Shown: in pieces, positions 29,522-39,695 of the stretch | Numbering within the stretch: position 1 is the stretch's first letter | How the letters are laid out: every line of letters begins with the position of its first letter | Origin: an uncultured Methanosarcinales archaeon | Lineage (GTDB): Archaea > Nanobdellota > Nanobdellia > Woesearchaeales > GW2011-AR15 | Reading direction: 5' to 3' | Assembly: GCA_964512765.1 (NCBI GenBank) | Contig: CAZEKF010000001.1 | Location: 66,366-130,365 of the forward strand | Length of the DNA stretch: 64,000 bases | The notes under the pieces: generated by a model | Seen by the model: the letters and a program-made list of their open reading frames with translations, nothing else | What the model was told of the DNA's origin: nothing | The model's database searches: none | Translations under genes and position numbers: made by a program

Positions 29522-30223
29522 ATGGTTAAAAAAAGCCCTCAGAAATTCAAGATTTATAAGAATGTATTTGACGAGTTTACTTTGAAAACCCTTTTTAAAC
29601 TAAGTTCACAAGGACATTTTGATGATCTACTTAGTCCTGTCATGATTGGCAAAGAATCTAATATATTTTTAGCAGATACAAAGGATAAAGAGTATGTTAT
29701 TGTTAAGATATACAGGTTACACTCATGTAACTTTAACAAGATGTATTCTTATATACAGTCAGACCCAAGATTTGTAAAACTAAGAAATCAAAGAAGATTG
29801 GTAATCTTTAATTGGGTGCAGCGTGAGTATAGAAACTTAATGATTGCTCGGGAAAAAATTCTTGTGCCAAAACCAATTGCTTTCCTAAAAAATGTGCTTG
29901 TCATGGAATTAATAGGAGGAGATAAACCTGCTCTACAATTAAAGGATAAGATTCCAAAGGATTTGAAAAGATTTGCTGATGATATCTTAACCTCTGTTAA
30001 GGATCTGTATGAATTAGGCATTGTTCACGCAGATTTATCAGAATTCAATATTCTTAATCATAATGACAAGCCTTACTTTATTGATTTTTCACAAGCAACA
30101 AGTGTTAAGGACCAGAATGCAAAGGAATATTTTGATAGAGATTTGAAAAACATTGTTAGGTTTTTTAAAAAACACGATCTTAAATTAGATTTTGATAAGA
30201 TAAAAAAAGAAATAATTAAATAA
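29522..30223 (+). CDS. rio: RIO-type serine/threonine protein kinase
   Basis: GKESNIF glycine loop region, VKIYR lysine, HADLSEFNIL catalytic loop, FIDFSQA metal-binding loop. Confidence 0.75.
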   Translation: MVKKSPQKFKIYKNVFDEFTLKTLFKLSSQGHFDDLLSPVMIGKESNIFLADTKDKEYVIVKIYRLHSCNFNKMYSYIQSDPRFVKLRNQRRLVIFNWVQREYRNLMIAREKILVPKPIAFLKNVLVMELIGGDKPALQLKDKIPKDLKRFADDILTSVKDLYELGIVHADLSEFNILNHNDKPYFIDFSQATSVKDQNAKEYFDRDLKNIVRFFKKHDLKLDFDKIKKEIIK

Positions 30224-30259
30224 AGAGAGGTTTTAATCCAAATATAAGGTGATTTAATC

Positions 30260-30499
30260 ATGGCTGAAGAAGATGTTTCAAAAGACGAACAAGTAGGTTT
30301 TCATAAAGGTGCATTATCAACATTAGCTAAGGAAAGACAAGAACTAATGAAATTAGTTGGTATTGTTGAACAATTAATGCAAATGCATGTCAAAGCTCTT
30401 AAAGAGTTAGGCGTTGATTTACAAGAAATGGCTGACAAAGCTGCAAAAGATCAAAAAAAACCAATCGAAGATTTAGTTGATAAAGAATCAAGAAAATAA
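30260..30499 (+). CDS. Small acidic coiled-coil protein, function unknown
   Basis: 79 aa, helical heptad character. Confidence 0.25.
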   Translation: MAEEDVSKDEQVGFHKGALSTLAKERQELMKLVGIVEQLMQMHVKALKELGVDLQEMADKAAKDQKKPIEDLVDKESRK

Positions 30500-30892
30500 A
30501 TGCAGTTTAATATTTCTGGACATGAAAATGTTTTAAGTACGCATAGGAATACAATTGAGTTTACTAAAGATACAGAGTTAAGCTTGAAAGGAGATTGTAT
30601 CCTTGGTGTTAATGCTGATTTTGATCATAATGAATTAATGGAATTGGTTAAGCAATGTTCTAAAATTAAAGTAATAATTACAGTTGATGATCTGAAAGAA
30701 GAAATAACAGCAGAAATTAACAAAGATTTTGATGATAAACGTGAAATTGTAATCAGGAAAACAGACTTTGTTTCAAAAAGAACATTGGGCATTAAAGCAG
30801 ATAAAGCAGCAATTGATGTGAATAGAGATTTGGTTGATAAGTTGAAAGATTCTAATGTAAGAGGAATAGTTGAAATAATTGGATTAAATTAG
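30500..30892 (+). CDS. DUF371-like archaeal protein
   Basis: ISGHENVLSTHRNTIEFTKD...GDCILGV pattern. 130 aa. Confidence 0.45.
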   Translation: MQFNISGHENVLSTHRNTIEFTKDTELSLKGDCILGVNADFDHNELMELVKQCSKIKVIITVDDLKEEITAEINKDFDDKREIVIRKTDFVSKRTLGIKADKAAIDVNRDLVDKLKDSNVRGIVEIIGLN

Positions 30893-30962
30893 ATAATTCA
30901 GTGTAGTCACAGGTCATTCTACACTAAAGTAAGGAGATGACCGACACTTACACAATTCAAAA

Positions 30963-31415
30963 ATGAAGAAAACTATGAAAAATAAGGAAGTTAAGGAGTT
31001 TATCAAGATAGTAAATGAACAATTTTCTTTAACATTGAACAAGAAAGATAGGTATGAGAAACAAAACAATTTGATTTTAGTCAATAATGAACCGTTGTTT
31101 TTTTACTTTGAGAATAGATTAGTACCAACATTGAAATTACTTTTTGAACAAGACGTTCTTAAGAAAATAACAGTTGACATGGGGGCTGTTAAATTTGTTG
31201 TGAAAGGCGCAGACGTGATGCGGCCGGGTATAACTAACATTGAAGAAAACATTGAGAAAAACGAGCTAATAGTTATTATTGACGAAACACATAGTAAGAA
31301 ATTGGCAGTTGGAATTGCTATATTTTCTACTGTTGAAATGACTTCATTAGATTCTGGGAAGGTTATTAAGAATCTACATTATGTTGGGGATGAGATTTGG
31401 AACAGTAATATTTAA
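30963..31415 (+). CDS. PUA-domain RNA-binding protein
   Basis: VVKGADVMRPGITNIEENIEKNELIVIIDE is PUA-like. 150 aa. Confidence 0.5.
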   Translation: MKKTMKNKEVKEFIKIVNEQFSLTLNKKDRYEKQNNLILVNNEPLFFYFENRLVPTLKLLFEQDVLKKITVDMGAVKFVVKGADVMRPGITNIEENIEKNELIVIIDETHSKKLAVGIAIFSTVEMTSLDSGKVIKNLHYVGDEIWNSNI

Positions 31416-31538
31416 ATATAACTAATTCTACCCTAAGTAAAAATGTTAGGAAGGAATATTATTAATACGTTGTATCTGCTAGTGTGCTAGATACATCAGT
31501 TTCTCTGCCTTCCATGAAAAAAATCTTGATTCAATATC

Positions 31539-33266
31539 TTGGTTGGAATGTTTGTGGAAGTCAGAGCCAAAAATATCAAAAAAATGTTACACTCAATTAA
31601 ATCAAGATTTGATCCCTCTTTATTACCTAGATATATTCCTATATACAGTAGAGAAGATCCTCTTTTTCAATTAATTGATGATTTACCTCATGCACTTGAT
31701 GAAATTCTTTCAAATGAGCAACAAGTAATTGAAAACATACTAGAACTACGTAAAATAGGAGAGGATGCGTCTGAACTTGAAACAGAGTTACGAAAAAGAG
31801 TTTTTGTGTCAGATGATACATCTGATCAGTATGTGTTGTGTAGGTTATTTGCAGATGCTTTTTTAAGGTACAGAAAAGATGGTAGGAATTTTTTTAGAGA
31901 TCTTGCAGAATCTAGTAAAGGTTTTTTCAGCTCAAAACGAGGTTTCTCAAAGGGACAGGTTGAAACTATAAGATATATTACAGTTTTAGGGATGTCAAAA
32001 GCAAACGGACATTTTGAAGAACAATCTCGATTGATGATACCTGTGGATAAGTTTGGTAATGTGCCTAAATTAAATATTTTACTTGAACAGAGGATACAAG
32101 AAACAGGGCGTGCAATTAATTATGCAGACTTAATTTATTCACACCATGATGAGACTTTTGATGATCAAGGATATTTATTAGGCCCTGATGGTAAACGACA
32201 AATTCTTTTGCAAGTTGGTGAGGCAGTTATGTTTACACCTAGGCTTACTGAATACAAAAAAGAAAAGATAATTAGGTCACTTGTAAAAAATTTAGCAAGA
32301 TCAACGGTATACAGTGGGAACAAAGGCACAATTTCAAATTCAAAAATAACTGCTTTATGTAGAGAACTTGAACAGATAATTAATATAGGTGAAGGAAGAA
32401 GTTATGACATATTATACGATGCGTTTTATGCTACTGTTGAGCGAACTTTGAATATTGGAGATTTAATTAGTCCAGAGAGAGTGGGATTTTTGAATGGAAA
32501 TTCTGTTTTTAAACCCTATTTATGCACACCAGGAAACTTTCCAAGTTTTATCAAAGAACTTGAAAGATTAGTTTCAGATTTCATATCTCTACCTATAGGA
32601 TATGGTGCTTGGGGTTGGAAAGGAGTATCTTTTGTTCCAAAGCTCTTGATTACCACATATTTTGATGAAATAGTTACACATGATGAAAAAGATCTTAGAG
32701 AATATTTAAGAGAAAGAGGTATTAAAGGAAAATCTGGTGAATATGAAAGAAGAGATTTAAGAGATCTGCGTCGTGCAACCTTTTTGACTTGGAGCGAACA
32801 CATAGGTCCAATTACAGATGATGATAATCTACCTGTAAGAGATAAGAAAGGCGAAGAGATTGCCTTAGCTTTGTTCGCTTATCACCATGGTTTGGATACA
32901 GGTGAATTAATTGAATTGATTCAAGGAAACCGTGAATTGGTAATACCAAGATCATCAGAGTTTGGACTAATATCTGACTGGACAAATAAGAAGAATTTTC
33001 AATATCGTATGGGTGATAGACGTAAACCAAATGGATATGGTGCCTTGAATACAACTGTATTGGGCTTACCTGGCTCTGCAGAAGTAGTTTACAAAACAAA
33101 TGTAGATGACGCAAGATCATTTTGTTTAGAAGAACAAACACACAGGAGCTATATCAGAGAGAGAGAAGCGATAAAAGACTTCTTACTTGAGGAAAGAAAA
33201 GTAATTACACCTCAAGAGTATTATGCATTACAAATGGTACTTTCTCCGAACCAAGTTGTACTTTAA
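31539..33266 (+). CDS. Large hypothetical cytoplasmic protein (575 aa)
   Basis: Long ORF with native codon usage. I do not recognise the domains. The true start is possibly an internal Met. Confidence 0.3.
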   Translation: MVGMFVEVRAKNIKKMLHSIKSRFDPSLLPRYIPIYSREDPLFQLIDDLPHALDEILSNEQQVIENILELRKIGEDASELETELRKRVFVSDDTSDQYVLCRLFADAFLRYRKDGRNFFRDLAESSKGFFSSKRGFSKGQVETIRYITVLGMSKANGHFEEQSRLMIPVDKFGNVPKLNILLEQRIQETGRAINYADLIYSHHDETFDDQGYLLGPDGKRQILLQVGEAVMFTPRLTEYKKEKIIRSLVKNLARSTVYSGNKGTISNSKITALCRELEQIINIGEGRSYDILYDAFYATVERTLNIGDLISPERVGFLNGNSVFKPYLCTPGNFPSFIKELERLVSDFISLPIGYGAWGWKGVSFVPKLLITTYFDEIVTHDEKDLREYLRERGIKGKSGEYERRDLRDLRRATFLTWSEHIGPITDDDNLPVRDKKGEEIALALFAYHHGLDTGELIELIQGNRELVIPRSSEFGLISDWTNKKNFQYRMGDRRKPNGYGALNTTVLGLPGSAEVVYKTNVDDARSFCLEEQTHRSYIREREAIKDFLLEERKVITPQEYYALQMVLSPNQVVL

Positions 33267-33719
33267 CTAATTGGAAGATCTCCTCTCCTTCTGTACATAA
33301 TTAAACAATTTTTTATTAGAAATCTTACCGCAACCAAGGTAATCTTCTTTGTTTTTGATTATAACGAACCCGTTTAAGTTAGATTTTACCTCGAAATCTT
33401 CACCACTCATCCATCTCTTAGTTTCTGTATACTTTAATTCAAGAACATTCTTTTTAGCAATCGGACCTATTATTTGTGAACCTTCAATACTCAACCTAAC
33501 TTCTTTTTTATCATATACAACACCAAAATAGAGTCCTAATGAATTAACTCTTAACTCATCCAGGTTAACTTTCGAAACGTCTTTATTTAGGATAAACAGT
33601 TTGTTTTTAGTGTTCATAAAAACTTCATAATTGAAACTAAAATCACAATTAAACTGTTCATTAATTAGTTTTTCAATTCTTTTTTTTTCTTTTGAATTTA
33701 ATATTTTAAGTTGTTGCAT
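33267..33719 (-). CDS. Small RNA-binding protein with a PUA-like C-terminus (Nip7-like candidate)
   Basis: 150 aa. C-terminal GFVIIKNKEDYLGCGKI resembles PUA. Confidence 0.35.
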   Translation of the reverse strand: MQQLKILNSKEKKRIEKLINEQFNCDFSFNYEVFMNTKNKLFILNKDVSKVNLDELRVNSLGLYFGVVYDKKEVRLSIEGSQIIGPIAKKNVLELKYTETKRWMSGEDFEVKSNLNGFVIIKNKEDYLGCGKISNKKLFNYVQKERRSSN

Positions 33720-33762
33720 TTTTTTGATTAAATTTAAAAACTTACAAAAGGTTATTTATATT

Positions 33763-34404
33763 ATGAAAAAGCTGCTGTTATTATTAATTTTGTTGTTCTC
33801 TCTTAATATAGTAATAGCAGAGTCTGTTCAGTATGGGAAAGTTAAGTTAACTGTTGTTAATCGAGCACCAAGAATTACTTCTTTGAACATATTGCCTGAA
33901 GAACCTTATTATGATTCTATGTTAGAGTGTAATGCGATTGTTGAGGACGAGTCTCCTGAGACAGTTACATTTGTGTATAAATGGTATAAAAATAATGTAT
34001 TATTAGAAGAAACAAGCAAATATCTTACTGATATAATAGATAATGATAACATTAGATGTTCAGTAACACCAACTGACAAATACGATGAAATAGGTAACAC
34101 AGAAACAGCTCAAACAACAATCTTAGAAAGTCCAGTAAGAGTCAAGGTCATTAAACCTGTTCTTAACATAGTAGGAATTCAAGTTAGTGCCAAAGATCTG
34201 AAACAAAGCACAAGTATGCAAGCAATAACAGGTATGGTGACAGGAACTAATAGTAGTTCTGATATCACTGTAGTGTTCTTATTAGGTATTTTTGTAATAA
34301 TTCTTGTAGGTTTAAATTTAACAGGTTTTGTAATACATCTTAGAAGAAAAAAATCTGTTAAATCCCCCAAACAGGGTTTTCTTTCCGCATCATACCAGCA
34401 ATAG
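33763..34404 (+). CDS. Secreted type-I membrane protein (signal peptide, ectodomain, C-terminal TM)
   Basis: MKKLLLLLILLFSLNIVIA signal peptide. C-terminal helix ITVVFLLGIFVIILVGL followed by HLRRKK. Start set at ATG 33763, in frame with track ORF 33631. Confidence 0.45.
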   Translation: MKKLLLLLILLFSLNIVIAESVQYGKVKLTVVNRAPRITSLNILPEEPYYDSMLECNAIVEDESPETVTFVYKWYKNNVLLEETSKYLTDIIDNDNIRCSVTPTDKYDEIGNTETAQTTILESPVRVKVIKPVLNIVGIQVSAKDLKQSTSMQAITGMVTGTNSSSDITVVFLLGIFVIILVGLNLTGFVIHLRRKKSVKSPKQGFLSASYQQ

Positions 34405-36109
34405 TTTTCAAAACTTCAATCTCACCTTTGCTTAAGAATTTCATTAATTTTTTCAGTTTTCTAAAATCATCTTCAGGAATATAACTATATAGAATATCTC
34501 GTTCTTTTATTTGTCTGCCTACAGTAACATCAGTGATAGAAATTGCTAACTGTTTACCTTTTGTTGCGGACTGAACATTTTCTTTTTCAAGTTGCATGCT
34601 TTTAACAGTACCCAATGCTTTGCCGTCTTTCATTACTCTCGTGCCTGTCTGAATCTTACCTTCTAGAATATCACAGCCAATTATGGCAGGGTTATTTTGC
34701 CTGAAAGTATGATTAAACATAAATTCAAACTTACACGGTCTTACTAATTCATCTAATGCTTTTGCTTCTAACAAAGCTTTTTGTTGCTCTTGCCATTGCT
34801 CTAATTCTTCAATTATTTTATAAATGATGTCTGAAGTAATTATTTTAACTTTCTCACTTCCAACTATGCCTTGTTCTCTCTCTACATTAAACCCTAATAT
34901 AACAGCTTGCAACGGATCCTTTTCAAAGTTAGACTCTGCGTCAACAATATCTTTTTTAGTAATAATGCCTATACTTGCTTTTCTGACAGGTATATTTTTT
35001 TCTTTTAATAAAAAAGTTAATGCTTCTAATGATCCAAGCGTATCTGCTTTTATTATTACTCCAGAACTTTCAGTTTCTATCATTACTTCTTGGACTTCTT
35101 TTTGAATTTCGTCGATAACTTTGTTTTTAATATCTTTTGTGTAACTTTGCAAAGGCATACCTGCAATAACTTCTTCAACATCTGGGGCGCTAATTTTTAC
35201 ACCTGTTGCAGCAACAACTTGTTTTTCTCTTTTAAACTTAGTTTTTTTGTCACGCATTTCTTTTAGTGGTAATGGACATAACAATGCCTTAACTCTTGTT
35301 TCAATAGGTTTTTCTAATCCTCCAATTATTAATTTATCATTTGTGTTCAGAATTCCATCGTAAATAATAACATCCAAAGTTTTTCCTAGCCCTGTGGATT
35401 CTTTAACTTCTAGAACAGTGCCTTTTGCGTTTCCTTTAACATGTAATTTTAAAGATTCTTCAAGATATTTTTGTGCTAATCCAATCAATACCATTAATAG
35501 TTCAGGAATGCCGTCTCCATTTATTGCTGAAGTAGGTATGATTGCAACTTGTTTAGTGTGATCTTCAATTCTGTCAAATCGTTCAGATTCAAAACCTAAT
35601 TCTGATAGTTTAGCTACAATCTCATACAGTTTAGTTTCGATATTTTCCTGGACAAAAGGATCTTGGTTGTTCAGATTTTTTATTAGAAATTTTTCAGTTT
35701 GCCTATATCCTGGTATAAGATCGATTTTGTTAGCTGCAATCACAAACGGTGTTTTGCTGTTTTTTAGGATTTCAATACTTTCAAATGTCTGTGGTTTTAG
35801 GCCTTCATTAATATCAATGACCAATATGGCAATATCTGCAATGTTACCACCACGTTTTCTTAATGTTGTAAAAGCTGCGTGACCTGGCGTGTCCAGAAGT
35901 AACAATCCAGGCACAGTAATTTTAATTTGCTTTAGCAATTGTCCACAAATATTTTTTATAGTTTCAATTGGAATAATTGAAGCACCTATTGCTTGGGTAA
36001 TGCCTCCAGATTCGCCTAATTGAACAGCACTCCCTCTAATCTTATCAAGTAACTTTGTTTTTCCATGATCCACATGACCAATTAATCCACAAATGACTTT
36101 TCTTAGCAT
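34358..36109 (-). CDS. infB: Translation initiation factor aIF5B (IF-2 homolog)
   Basis: GHVDHGKT G1 motif, DTPGH, NKID. Four-domain GTPase of 583 aa. Size argues against an intein. Confidence 0.9.
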   Translation of the reverse strand: MLRKVICGLIGHVDHGKTKLLDKIRGSAVQLGESGGITQAIGASIIPIETIKNICGQLLKQIKITVPGLLLLDTPGHAAFTTLRKRGGNIADIAILVIDINEGLKPQTFESIEILKNSKTPFVIAANKIDLIPGYRQTEKFLIKNLNNQDPFVQENIETKLYEIVAKLSELGFESERFDRIEDHTKQVAIIPTSAINGDGIPELLMVLIGLAQKYLEESLKLHVKGNAKGTVLEVKESTGLGKTLDVIIYDGILNTNDKLIIGGLEKPIETRVKALLCPLPLKEMRDKKTKFKREKQVVAATGVKISAPDVEEVIAGMPLQSYTKDIKNKVIDEIQKEVQEVMIETESSGVIIKADTLGSLEALTFLLKEKNIPVRKASIGIITKKDIVDAESNFEKDPLQAVILGFNVEREQGIVGSEKVKIITSDIIYKIIEELEQWQEQQKALLEAKALDELVRPCKFEFMFNHTFRQNNPAIIGCDILEGKIQTGTRVMKDGKALGTVKSMQLEKENVQSATKGKQLAISITDVTVGRQIKERDILYSYIPEDDFRKLKKLMKFLSKGEIEVLKTIAGMMRKENPVWGI

Positions 36110-36110
36110 C

Positions 36111-37271
36111 TTAAATTAATAATCTCTTATCTTTATTTGATAACCATTTATTAGTTTTTATTTTTAAATTACCTCTTTTATATCTAGGTATGAATTTATA
36201 AAAATTTATTAATATATCTTTTAATGATTGTTTTGAGAGTGCTCCTCTACACTTTAATAATAATTTAAGTTGGTTTTCATGTCTTTTTAATTCAAAACCA
36301 ATTTTCGAGTAGAATGTCATTAAGTCCTTAAGTCTAGTAATTAAGATAGTGTATGTAGCAGTTATTTTTCCAAGAGAACTAACATATACTTTTGAAAAAT
36401 AAGGTTGAACAATGATACCAAAACTTTTTAGTATTTGCACTTCGTTTTTAGTCAATTCAGGTACATTTGAATTAAGACTACTTAAGCAATGTTTATCTAA
36501 ATCCTGTTTATAATATACTTTTCTCATTTTCTTATGTTTAAGACCAATTTTGACTGAATTATTTCTATTCAATTGTATTCTAGGACTAAGATAATATTTG
36601 TTTTTAACTTTTGTGACAAAGGCATAAATTGATGCTTCTTCACTTATGTTTGCTTGCCACCATATCTTATGGAATTGTTTATTATTTAAAATGTAATTAG
36701 GAATCTTTAAATCTGCACTGTTTTTATTTCCATAAATCCTATTTTTTATAAAATGCTTTGCAAATATAAGTGGGAAATATAAACATCTTGTTTGGTCTCT
36801 CGTATCAATTCTTTCTTTTAGCGTAATATTTCCTATTAACTTTTTTGAATTTACTCTTATAATGTCCAATATTTCATGGTCTTTATTTGTATATTCAACA
36901 ATTCTATGTCTTATTCGTCCTTCGTTAATCATTCCAACAAATAATCTTACACCAGCATTACAATTAAAATTCAAAGGCAATTTTGGATCTTTGATTTCAT
37001 CAATAAATTTGATGCCTTTTGTTATTTTAGAAATTGAAAAATTACAGAAATTTCCAATTCTTTGAAATGTTAAAGACTTGATATATTTTTGATTGATAAA
37101 TTTTTTCCAGGTTCTTAACTCTATACCTATATTTTTCGAGATAGGAGTATTTAAACTTGATTTTGTTTTTACTTTTGCTATTTTGATTACATATTTGATA
37201 TAATTTTTCTTAGCAATAATCTTAGAAAACGGACTATCTGAGATATTTACAATATTTTTTCCATTATTCAT
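36111..37271 (-). CDS. Paralog of 40392..41405: degenerate LAGLIDADG-like homing-endonuclease-type protein
   Basis: Shares the N-terminal KSSLN and NxNAG blocks and a C-terminal basic helical tail with 40392..41405. Shares the upstream GTCCAGTG repeats. Possible degenerate motif RLFVGMINEG. Confidence 0.3.
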   Translation of the reverse strand: MNNGKNIVNISDSPFSKIIAKKNYIKYVIKIAKVKTKSSLNTPISKNIGIELRTWKKFINQKYIKSLTFQRIGNFCNFSISKITKGIKFIDEIKDPKLPLNFNCNAGVRLFVGMINEGRIRHRIVEYTNKDHEILDIIRVNSKKLIGNITLKERIDTRDQTRCLYFPLIFAKHFIKNRIYGNKNSADLKIPNYILNNKQFHKIWWQANISEEASIYAFVTKVKNKYYLSPRIQLNRNNSVKIGLKHKKMRKVYYKQDLDKHCLSSLNSNVPELTKNEVQILKSFGIIVQPYFSKVYVSSLGKITATYTILITRLKDLMTFYSKIGFELKRHENQLKLLLKCRGALSKQSLKDILINFYKFIPRYKRGNLKIKTNKWLSNKDKRLLI

Positions 37272-37340
37272 TTAAATCACGATTATTATGCTTATTTTGG
37301 ATTTGTAAATGAGTAATAAAGAAATAACCATTTAAATACC

Positions 37341-37423
37341 TCACACAAGAATGTCTAGTGTGTCCAGTGGATGTTTGATAGCAGCTAGCAGAGGACAAAT
37401 GTAACATTTGAAAGTGTCCAGTG
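37341..37423 (-). promoter_or_regulatory. Upstream repeat element (3x GTC[C/T]AGTG) with a TATA-like box, 5' of 36111..37271
   Basis: TCACACAAGAATGTCTAGTGTGTCCAGTGG plus a downstream GTGTCCAGTG. A near-identical 21-mer occurs at 41460. Confidence 0.4.
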
Positions 37424-37478
37424 ACAACCAAAATTCAATAACTTTAAATATAATTACTACTTTTGAATAGTTCATAAA

Positions 37479-37850
37479 TTGGAGGAGAGGTATATGAAGA
37501 AATTATTAACAACAATATCATTGTTTATCTTGGTTATTGCAAGTGTTTCAGCAGGATATGTTGGTCATATTTATCCAGATAGATTAGAGGCAAAGGAAGG
37601 CAACATTTTAGTAACTTTTTTTAACCATGGTAATTCAAAGGTTAAAGATCTTAAAGCAACAGCATACATACCAGATTTAGATGTTTATCATAAGTCAGGA
37701 GACTTTAATTTGAGGTCAAAAACATCTGGACGAGTATACATAATAGTTGAAATACCACACGACACTGAACCAGATTATTACCCAGTTATTGTTACTCTAC
37801 GAAACAATGATGTTAGAGAAAAAACACATACTTGGTTAGAAGTATATTAA
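37479..37850 (+). CDS. Small secreted protein
   Basis: MKKLLTTISLFILVIASVSAG signal peptide. GGAGG ribosome-binding site 7 nt upstream. Confidence 0.4.
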   Translation: MEERYMKKLLTTISLFILVIASVSAGYVGHIYPDRLEAKEGNILVTFFNHGNSKVKDLKATAYIPDLDVYHKSGDFNLRSKTSGRVYIIVEIPHDTEPDYYPVIVTLRNNDVREKTHTWLEVY

Positions 37851-37879
37851 TAAACTAAATCCTTTTTCTTTTTTTATAT

Positions 37880-38932
37880 ATGGTCGTTACTGAAGAATCT
37901 ATTAACTTAAACATTGTAAAAGAAAAAAAAATTTCTAAAAAACTCCCAGTATTTTACAATCCAATCATGAAACTTAACAGAGATATTTCTGTTTTGCTAC
38001 TTAATTCTATTCCAGACAAAAACATGCAAATAGCACTTCCATTAGCAGGGTCAGGTGTTCGTGGGATAAGGTTTCTTAAAGAACTTAGTAAAAATAAAAT
38101 TAAATCAATTGCATTTAATGATTATAAAACTTTATCAGACATTAAGAAAAACCTTAAATTAAATAATTTAGAAAAAGATAAAAGGATAAAGTTGTATAAC
38201 GCAGATGCTAACTTATTCTTGTTACAAAGTAAAGGTTTTGATTATATTGATATTGATCCTTTTGGTACTCCAAATCCTTTTTTAGAAAATTCTATTACGA
38301 GGTTGGCTAGAAAAGGGATTTTGGCAGTAACAGCCACAGACACAGCAGCGTTAGCAGGAAGTTCGGAAAAGGCATGCATAAGAAAATACTGGGCTAAACC
38401 TATGAGAAACGAGTTAATGCATGAAATTGGTATTAGAATATTGATCAGGAAAGTGCAGTTGATAGGTGCTCAGAATGATAAAGCACTAACACCAATATTT
38501 AGTTATTCAAAAGACCATTATTACAGGTTATTTTTCAGGTGCGAGAAAGGAAAACAAAAAGTTGATTCATTGTTAAAAAACCACAAATATTTGTTGTATA
38601 ATCCAAAAACAATGAAAAGAGAAGTTTCTGAGCATAACTATAAGAAAAATTATCAATACACAGGACCTTTGTGGGCAGAACAATTATGGGACAAGAAATT
38701 AGTTAGCAAAATGTATAAGAATTGTGATAAAAGTAATAAAAAACTGAGTGATTTGGTTTCAATTATTAAAGAAGAATGTAAAATTGGTACTGTTGGATTC
38801 TATGATTTACATAAAATAGCTAAATTAAAAGGTAAAGAAGTTCCAAAAATTGAAACCATATTGAATAAAAATACAACTAGAACACATTTCCTGGGCTGGG
38901 GGGTTAGGACCCAGCTTCAAAAATTGATTTAG
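37880..38932 (+). CDS. trm1: tRNA (guanine26-N2)-dimethyltransferase Trm1
   Basis: LPVFYNPIMKLNRDISV N-terminal Trm1 signature. SAM-MTase fold. 350 aa. Confidence 0.85.
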   Translation: MVVTEESINLNIVKEKKISKKLPVFYNPIMKLNRDISVLLLNSIPDKNMQIALPLAGSGVRGIRFLKELSKNKIKSIAFNDYKTLSDIKKNLKLNNLEKDKRIKLYNADANLFLLQSKGFDYIDIDPFGTPNPFLENSITRLARKGILAVTATDTAALAGSSEKACIRKYWAKPMRNELMHEIGIRILIRKVQLIGAQNDKALTPIFSYSKDHYYRLFFRCEKGKQKVDSLLKNHKYLLYNPKTMKREVSEHNYKKNYQYTGPLWAEQLWDKKLVSKMYKNCDKSNKKLSDLVSIIKEECKIGTVGFYDLHKIAKLKGKEVPKIETILNKNTTRTHFLGWGVRTQLQKLI

Positions 38933-39695
38933 TCCAACCACCAAAGAATTCTTGACCATTTAGTTTCCAGTTATTAACAGGAGAGTCAATGTGTAAATTT
39001 TCAGGAGGGCGTACATCTGTCCGTCCTTTATTTTTGTCTCTTATATATTCTTCCACAAGCCTGGTTGTATGATATTCAGGATGACCTAAATTGATTAAAA
39101 ATTTTTTATCACAACTTTCAAAAATATAATAGCCCGCATCCTGTGAATAAGCCAATAGGTTAATTATGCCTTTATTGCTTGTTTGTTCAAGAAGATTATC
39201 ATTTATTCCAGCATGTCTACTATGTGGACAATAAAATTCATCATCCAAATCTCTCATAATAATGTGTTTTGAATCAAGTTTGGTTGTTTTATAAATACCG
39301 AATAATTTTTTTTTAAACATAGTCTTTTTTATGTCAAGCAATTTTGCCAAAGCAAGGCCGCCCCAGCAAAGTCCTAAAGTTGAAGCATAATTTTTTCTTG
39401 CATAACCAAGTATTTTTTTTAGCTCTTCCCAATATGTGATTTTTTCAAACGGAATTTCTTCAACAGGAGCAGGTGAAAGTATGAGTCCTTGTAGTTTATC
39501 TTTAACATCTTCAAAATACTTGTAGCATTTTTTTAAATGCTCTTTATTACTGCTTGAATAACAATGATTCTTTAATCTGATAAATACAAGTGTAACTTTG
39601 AGTGAGGATTTGTTTAAAGGTACTAGTAAGTTATGTTCATATTCCTCAGCTTTCGGCATTAAATTAATTATGCCAATTTTTATTTCGTTAGTCAT
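38904..39695 (-). CDS. metA: Homoserine O-acyltransferase (MetA/HTS family)
   Basis: IINLMPK, GLILSPAPVE, CWGG, PHSRHAG and GHPEY blocks match MetA. Confidence 0.8.
   Translation of the reverse strand: MTNEIKIGIINLMPKAEEYEHNLLVPLNKSSLKVTLVFIRLKNHCYSSSNKEHLKKCYKYFEDVKDKLQGLILSPAPVEEIPFEKITYWEELKKILGYARKNYASTLGLCWGGLALAKLLDIKKTMFKKKLFGIYKTTKLDSKHIIMRDLDDEFYCPHSRHAGINDNLLEQTSNKGIINLLAYSQDAGYYIFESCDKKFLINLGHPEYHTTRLVEEYIRDKNKGRTDVRPPENLHIDSPVNNWKLNGQEFFGGWTKSIFEAGS

Noticed and set aside
33631-33762. Long 5' extension of ORF 33631..34404 overlapping the minus-strand gene 33267..33719
   Set aside because: An in-frame ATG at 33763 immediately precedes a canonical signal peptide (MKKLLLLLILLF...). 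The upstream extension is hydrophobic junk overlapping another gene.
34358-36109. Intein in aIF5B (common in archaea) or in CDC48 (42717..44996)
   Set aside because: Both proteins have ordinary lengths (583 and 759 aa) with contiguous conserved motifs. The LAGLIDADG-like genes are free-standing neighbours, not in-frame insertions.
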